Source of the DNA: an uncultured virus (IMG/VR IMGVR_UViG_3300011871_000052) | Taxonomy: Duplodnaviria > Heunggongvirae > Uroviricota > Caudoviricetes | Length of the DNA stretch: 64,000 nucleotides | Virus record (IMG/VR): IMGVR_UViG_3300011871_000052 | Strand: one strand, 5' to 3' | In this document: one piece after another, positions 59,048 to 64,000 of the stretch | How the letters are laid out: every line of letters starts with the position of its first letter | Numbering within the stretch: the stretch's first letter is position 1 | Translations under genes and position numbers: made by a program | Notes under the pieces: generated by a model | Database searches by the model: none | What the model was told of the DNA's origin: nothing | What the model saw: the letters and a program-made list of their open reading frames with translations, nothing else

Positions 59048-59181
59048 ATATTTTGTAAATAAATCAAAAATATAAAATATGGAGTAATATTTTCTTGATT
59101 TTTTAAATTTAACAATCTATAATGAGTGTGTTGTAAAAGGTTGTCTATATTTTAATTTAATAACTAATAAGAGAGGTTTAT

Positions 59182-59295
59182 ATGTTCGGAGCATTAATAG
59201 TTGGTGGTATCGTAGGTGGTTTGGCTGTAGCATTCTTCCGTGATCATCCTACCGTTGTAAAAGTTCACGAAAAACTTAGATCACTTGTATCTTAA
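59182..59295 (+). CDS. 37-aa membrane peptide MFGALIVGGIVGGLAVAFFRDHPTVVKVHEKLRSLVS
   Basis: TTGATT-17-TATAAT promoter, GAGAGG RBS, terminator 59311-59333; below ORF-track cutoff. Confidence 0.75.
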   Translation: MFGALIVGGIVGGLAVAFFRDHPTVVKVHEKLRSLVS

Positions 59296-59385
59296 TTTTC
59301 GAAAGTTTTAAAAAAGCACCTTCGGGTGCTTTTATTTTGGCAAAAATATAGTATAAACAAAAAAGATTAAAACAAAGGATAAAAA

Positions 59386-59715
59386 ATGAAAAAAGATTTA
59401 GTGTATTTGCCAAAGAATAGTATATGTATTGAAATATCAAAAGAAGATTTGAATAAAGCGGTTGTTTTGCTAAATGGAGAGAATATTTTTGAAGCTCATT
59501 TTATTCATTATCTAAAAGATAGAATAGAAAATAAAATGTATAGATATAAGAGCACAAATGAGCACGAAGATTTTATTAAAGAAATAAAAAGAGAAATACT
59601 AAATCAAGGTAAGACGTTTAACGTAATTTATTCTCAAGAAATTTTATCATTATTATATCCAGAAAAACCAAAAGAAGAAGAAATAGATTTTGCATCTCTT
59701 GGTATGATAATGTAA
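59386..59715 (+). CDS. hypothetical protein
   Basis: ORF with RBS. Confidence 0.7.
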   Translation: MKKDLVYLPKNSICIEISKEDLNKAVVLLNGENIFEAHFIHYLKDRIENKMYRYKSTNEHEDFIKEIKREILNQGKTFNVIYSQEILSLLYPEKPKEEEIDFASLGMIM

Positions 59716-59749
59716 AAAGAAAGGCTTAGTCAACTAAGCCTTTTTTATT

Positions 59750-60442
59750 TTACGGTTTTACCTTGCGTCTTGGATTAGATGCCATAAAAGCAGGTTTACA
59801 TGGCTGCATAGGCTCTCCATTAGGCGTTGCTGTTTGAAGCCAATGTTTACTTTCAGGTTGAACATGTCCAGCACGAACAAACTTAGTAACAAACTTACTA
59901 AAATCTTTATATTCAAAAGCATCAGTAACACGGACAACAAAACCTTCCTCAATACTCTTATCTAGTGACTTAGATAGTTTTTTAAGGACCTCAACATCAA
60001 ACTCACCACGATATAACTCTTTAGGTCTTGGAAGATCTAATGCTTCAGCATAAAAGTTTGTATCATCGACAGATAAGCAAGTATCACCATTCCAAACTGA
60101 AAGAAGATATAGATAACCTTCTAAATATCCGTCAGGATAGTAGATTGAGTGTTTAGCATAAACGTTCTCACAACAAAGCCTATGGCCTTCGGGAATATCA
60201 TGACGGATAACAGAGTGAATACGTTTAGCAACGTCTCTCGTCCAGTTATGGGCGCTATCAAGACTACGTGCATGCATTTGCTCATCAGGATATAGTGTTG
60301 TGTTTTCGCCATCCATTTTCAAAGAAACAGAAACTTCTTTACCCATAAAACCCTCAAGGGATTCAATAAGTTTGTCATCAGATTGCAATGCTTCCGAGAA
60401 ACTTAAATGATATGTTCTTGGGTACTTCTTTTTGATTTCCAT
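59750..60442 (-). CDS. RNA ligase family nucleotidyltransferase (non-Rnl1 type)
   Basis: KYPRTYHL, KMDGENTT, ARS, EN.YAKHSI.Y, EGFVVR, KFVR. Confidence 0.85.
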   Translation of the reverse strand: MEIKKKYPRTYHLSFSEALQSDDKLIESLEGFMGKEVSVSLKMDGENTTLYPDEQMHARSLDSAHNWTRDVAKRIHSVIRHDIPEGHRLCCENVYAKHSIYYPDGYLEGYLYLLSVWNGDTCLSVDDTNFYAEALDLPRPKELYRGEFDVEVLKKLSKSLDKSIEEGFVVRVTDAFEYKDFSKFVTKFVRAGHVQPESKHWLQTATPNGEPMQPCKPAFMASNPRRKVKP

Positions 60443-60592
60443 AATAACCTCAATATTCAATAATGACTATATTTTAACAATAAGTTAGGTTAATCACAAG
60501 AAAAATTTTAATCTAACTTATTTTTGATATTGAGCATCTAATATACTATTATTTATAACAATGTCATTTTAACTATTGGAATAAGAATTTAT

Positions 60593-61162
60593 ATGAAGCT
60601 AATACATCAAAAAATTGTAAAAAAAGAAACATTTTATATAGAATCTGAAAGTGTGGATAAAAATAAAAATCACATAAAAAATCTTGAAGCATCAACAGTT
60701 TTAACACTAGAAGATGGACAGATTTTTAAAACATCAATAGATATTAAAGAAAAAGAGGGGCAAGAAATCGTTTTAATCGCTAATAGTGATAATCAAATAG
60801 AATCATTATTAACATTAGAATTTGAAAATAAATTATTAGAAGATACAAAACCATCTGATATAGAGTTATTTCTTAAATTTTTAATGCTTGTGATATTTTC
60901 ATGTGCAACATTTTTACCTTTAGATAATGATAATCTTTCTATAATGTCTCGTATTGTGCTAATGGGAGGTATGTTTTTAGCGTTAATTTTTTGCTTTAAA
61001 ATGTGGATTGAAGAGTTAGTAGATTTTAAAAAAGAGATAAAAATAAAAAAAGAACTTTTATCTTCAATAATAAGTTTTAAATCTAAACGAAAAAATATAA
61101 AAGCTCCTGATATTTGCAATATTGGCGAATCATTATCTAAAAATATTGTAGATGTTAAATAA
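60593..61162 (+). CDS. two-TM membrane protein, tandem family
   Basis: beta-rich N-terminus plus two TM segments. Confidence 0.7.
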   Translation: MKLIHQKIVKKETFYIESESVDKNKNHIKNLEASTVLTLEDGQIFKTSIDIKEKEGQEIVLIANSDNQIESLLTLEFENKLLEDTKPSDIELFLKFLMLVIFSCATFLPLDNDNLSIMSRIVLMGGMFLALIFCFKMWIEELVDFKKEIKIKKELLSSIISFKSKRKNIKAPDICNIGESLSKNIVDVK

Positions 61163-61171
61163 GAGGTAAAA

Positions 61172-61759
61172 ATGAAAAGACTAGTTAAAGGCGTTATCAA
61201 TAATTTACTTGTTGAATACATAGAATGTATAGAAAATAGTTGTTATGATAGAAAAAAAACAGTAATAAGAAAAAAGACATCTTTTTTTATTAATAATGAA
61301 GAGTTTTTTACTTTAGATGATATTGAGATTATAGACGGGGGAATATATATATTTTATGCTGATAATGAAAATCAAATAGCATTATTTGGCAAAGAACAGA
61401 TAACAGAAGATTTAGAAATAACAAGTAAAAATAAAATAATTCAACAAAAGAAAGGAATAAAAGAGTCATATTTAATGATTTTTTTATCAGTGTTATTGTT
61501 TAGTATAATAGGTAATTTTATATATAATCACGATGAAAGTATTCCAATAGTGTTAATAATTCTAGCTTACATACCTTTAATATTATCATTCTTATTATCT
61601 ATAATAGGTTATTTAGTAATAATAGAAGAGAAAAAGAATTTAAAAGAAACAGAAGATAGTATTAAAAAACAAAAAGAAGAAATACATAATTTTAATAATC
61701 AAACAGCAGATATTATATTACTGAAAGAAAAAGATATTTTAATTAAAAATGAGGTTTAA
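61172..61759 (+). CDS. two-TM membrane protein, tandem family
   Basis: LVKG.I N-terminus. Confidence 0.7.
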   Translation: MKRLVKGVINNLLVEYIECIENSCYDRKKTVIRKKTSFFINNEEFFTLDDIEIIDGGIYIFYADNENQIALFGKEQITEDLEITSKNKIIQQKKGIKESYLMIFLSVLLFSIIGNFIYNHDESIPIVLIILAYIPLILSFLLSIIGYLVIIEEKKNLKETEDSIKKQKEEIHNFNNQTADIILLKEKDILIKNEV

Positions 61760-62303
61760 AATGAAATTAGTAAAAGAAATAATAGATAAAAAAGAAATAT
61801 ACTTAGAAGAGATTGTTGAAAAAGACGATTATGGCAATCTGATAAAAACATTTAAACCTCAAACTAGAATAACATTGAAAAATGGAGAAATATACAATTT
61901 TGATATTGATATTCCACAAATGGAAAATCAAGAAATTGCTTTCGTAAGCAATTATGAGAATAATAAAAATTCTTTATTAACTAACGAGTTTAAGAAAGAT
62001 TTTATAAAAAAATATGAAAAAATGCCAACTATGAAAGAAATTATATTATTTTACGGTTGTCCATTTTTGGTAGTTTCAATTTTAAGTATGATATTCGGTT
62101 TAATACTGCATAATTTTGCCTTATCAGTTACTATTCCATTAGCATCCATAACAGCTAGCATTTTCTTATTATATTTTATAAAAAATGAAGAAAAAAATAT
62201 GGAACAATATAAAGAGGAAATAAAAAAGATATTGTCACTAATAAAAGAAAATAATAACGAAAAAATTACGGTAAAAGAAAAAAGTGAAGTTATAGTAAGT
62301 TAA
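61749..62303 (+). CDS. two-TM membrane protein, tandem family
   Basis: MKLVKE.I.KKE.Y.E, similar to 60593-61162. Confidence 0.7.
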   Translation: MRFKMKLVKEIIDKKEIYLEEIVEKDDYGNLIKTFKPQTRITLKNGEIYNFDIDIPQMENQEIAFVSNYENNKNSLLTNEFKKDFIKKYEKMPTMKEIILFYGCPFLVVSILSMIFGLILHNFALSVTIPLASITASIFLLYFIKNEEKNMEQYKEEIKKILSLIKENNNEKITVKEKSEVIVS

Positions 62304-62382
62304 AATACGATTTGTTTTAAAATAATACATGTGTTATGATGGTTCATTATAAATACTATTTAAAAAATATAAGAGAGGCTTT

Positions 62383-62613
62383 ATGGATATGGATTTAGGT
62401 TTCGAAATAACAACTGATGATATAATAATTGTTGCTACCCAATTTGGTAAGCAGCTTACTCTTGAGCAAGCAAATAGTATATTTGATATATTAGATATTG
62501 ATCATGCTATAGATATTGCCTTAAAAGAAGATACAAAGGTATTACAGAAACAAGCAGCCTATAGAGATCTGAAAGAACAAATGATTGAAACATCTGTTTT
62601 AGATACTTTTTAA
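62383..62613 (+). CDS. hypothetical protein
   Basis: GAGAGG RBS. Confidence 0.65.
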   Translation: MDMDLGFEITTDDIIIVATQFGKQLTLEQANSIFDILDIDHAIDIALKEDTKVLQKQAAYRDLKEQMIETSVLDTF

Positions 62614-62631
62614 TAAGAATAAGAGGTTATT

Positions 62632-63162
62632 ATGGAATTAGTAAAGGGTGTGGTAAAAAAAATAGATTCTGCAATAATTGAAGAAAAAGAAATAGATGAA
62701 TATCTCCAACATTCTAAATCATTATTAAAAACAAGAAATACCATTACAATGGATAATGGCGATACACTCTATGCAGATTGCGATCTTGATTTTAAGGAAG
62801 GTGATTATATAGGTTTTGTTGTCTCTGGTAATGATGAAAGGGAAGTAAAATATTTTATTAATCAAAACAATGCTGAAAAAATAAAAGAAAAGAGAAAATT
62901 TAGTTGGATGGATAAGTTTAATTTATGTGCTCAATTTTTCTTTATATATATGTCTGTAAGTAATATAAGCAAAGATTTAAATTTAGGTATATCTTATTTA
63001 TTGTTATTAATGTCAGTAATCTTGATTGGTTTAAATTGTTATTTATTTTTCCGTAATAGAAAAGAAAGAAAAAACATAGATGATTATTTAAACTCTATAC
63101 CATTTGAAAAAAAAGAAAGTCATATTCACTTAGTTAAAGATTATCAGCATACAAATGTATAA
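62632..63162 (+). CDS. two-TM membrane protein, tandem family
   Basis: MELVKGVV N-terminus. Confidence 0.7.
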   Translation: MELVKGVVKKIDSAIIEEKEIDEYLQHSKSLLKTRNTITMDNGDTLYADCDLDFKEGDYIGFVVSGNDEREVKYFINQNNAEKIKEKRKFSWMDKFNLCAQFFFIYMSVSNISKDLNLGISYLLLLMSVILIGLNCYLFFRNRKERKNIDDYLNSIPFEKKESHIHLVKDYQHTNV

Positions 63163-63667
63163 TACAATAATTAGTGGTAAGATAAAAAATATTGAGACTA
63201 TTTTTTCTGAGAAAGAAAATAGTTCCACTCAAGTATATTCACTAATATCGCTAAACGATAATAAAAATTATAAAATTAAAGGAATAATCAAAGGATTCAG
63301 TAAAGGCGGCAATATATATTTAGTAAAGAGAAATAAGTATGCTAAATTTTATGATGTTATTAATAAAAAAACATTAAAAATAATGAAATTAGAAAGATTT
63401 ATGTTTGGATCTATGGGAATAACCTGTGCGATAGGTCCGATATTAGTATTATATAATCTATTGATATATAAGATGGCATATCTATCATACCTCGTAAATG
63501 TAGGTGTTGATATGCTATTTCCTTTATTAGTTTTAACTTTTATGCCTATATTCTTTTTAGTTAACCTGCCAAGTAATAAAACTATAAGAGAAGCTAAAAA
63601 TATTATAAATAAAGATGAAAGCTATGATATTAAAATAAATAAAGTCTATGATAAGGAAAGAAGATGA
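63155..63667 (+). CDS. two-TM membrane protein, tandem family
   Basis: IISGKIKNIE N-terminus. Confidence 0.7.
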   Translation: MYNTIISGKIKNIETIFSEKENSSTQVYSLISLNDNKNYKIKGIIKGFSKGGNIYLVKRNKYAKFYDVINKKTLKIMKLERFMFGSMGITCAIGPILVLYNLLIYKMAYLSYLVNVGVDMLFPLLVLTFMPIFFLVNLPSNKTIREAKNIINKDESYDIKINKVYDKERR

Positions 63668-64000
63668 GTAATAAAATAATATCTGGACAAATTGAAAATA
63701 TTGAATCCACTATTATAGGAAAGTCTGATCCTGATGATTATAATGTTGATATACAAACTTTCATCTATTTGAAGCATAATAAAAAATATAAAGTAAAAGG
63801 AAAAGTAAAAGACTTAAAAAAAGGAGATATAATATCATTAATAAAAGAAGATGAAGTATTATTTAATTATAATAATAAAGTAGAAAACTATTTAATTATA
63901 ACGCCAAAAACAATAAAAAAGATGAAGAGAAAAAGATTATATTTAATACTAGCTTCATTTTTAACGGGAATCTATCCTATTAGTTATAGTATAACCTATT
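63664..64000 (+). CDS. membrane protein of the same family, partial (runs off the window)
   Basis: ATGA overlap; MSNKIISGQIENIE. Confidence 0.7.
   Translation, partial: MSNKIISGQIENIESTIIGKSDPDDYNVDIQTFIYLKHNKKYKVKGKVKDLKKGDIISLIKEDEVLFNYNNKVENYLIITPKTIKKMKRKRLYLILASFLTGIYPISYSITY

Noticed and set aside
4852..61221. Short antisense or nested ORFs (e.g. 5358-5543, 13142-13387, 23102-23347, 31960-32226, 35631-35933, 60793-61221)
   Set aside because: They lie within longer well-supported genes, lack an RBS and have shadow-ORF composition.
1..64000. CRISPR array, integron attC array, IS elements, rRNA
   Set aside because: No regularly spaced direct repeats, no conserved cassette-boundary sequence, and no transposase or integrase motifs seen.

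Overview
Very AT-rich segment of a large mobile element, most likely a conjugative megaplasmid of a gamma-proteobacterial (Enterobacterales-like) host. The evidence is type IVb pilus genes (two PilV-type adhesins, a PilS-type pilin), sigma70-type promoters and a perfect CRP box. A jumbo phage or phage-plasmid cannot be excluded, but no virion or replication core genes are visible. Most genes are stand-alone cassettes with their own promoter and terminator. The dominant theme is control of translation. The window holds an array of 14 conventional-fold tRNAs (Ala, Arg, Val, Gly, Met only) plus two atypical tRNA-like genes, TilS, TrpRS, two RNA ligases, a Pnk-like kinase, two metallophosphoesterases, a MYG1 nuclease, two Nudix hydrolases and NAD kinase. 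The best candidate for an undescribed system is a 44-codon leader peptide and attenuator (1383-1574), missed by the ORF track, whose Ala/Val/Met/Gly/Arg codon run matches the tRNAs of the array directly downstream. It looks like a ribosome-stalling sensor that switches on back-up tRNAs. Also found: a Trp-leader translational attenuator upstream of trpS, a 6S-like RNA, a further ncRNA with tRNA-like folds lacking a normal anticodon loop, a two-tier codon usage (tilS has no ATA codon), and a PilV fused to a phage tail-collar domain. All family calls are from motif recognition by eye, not database searches. Several N gaps limit the reading.
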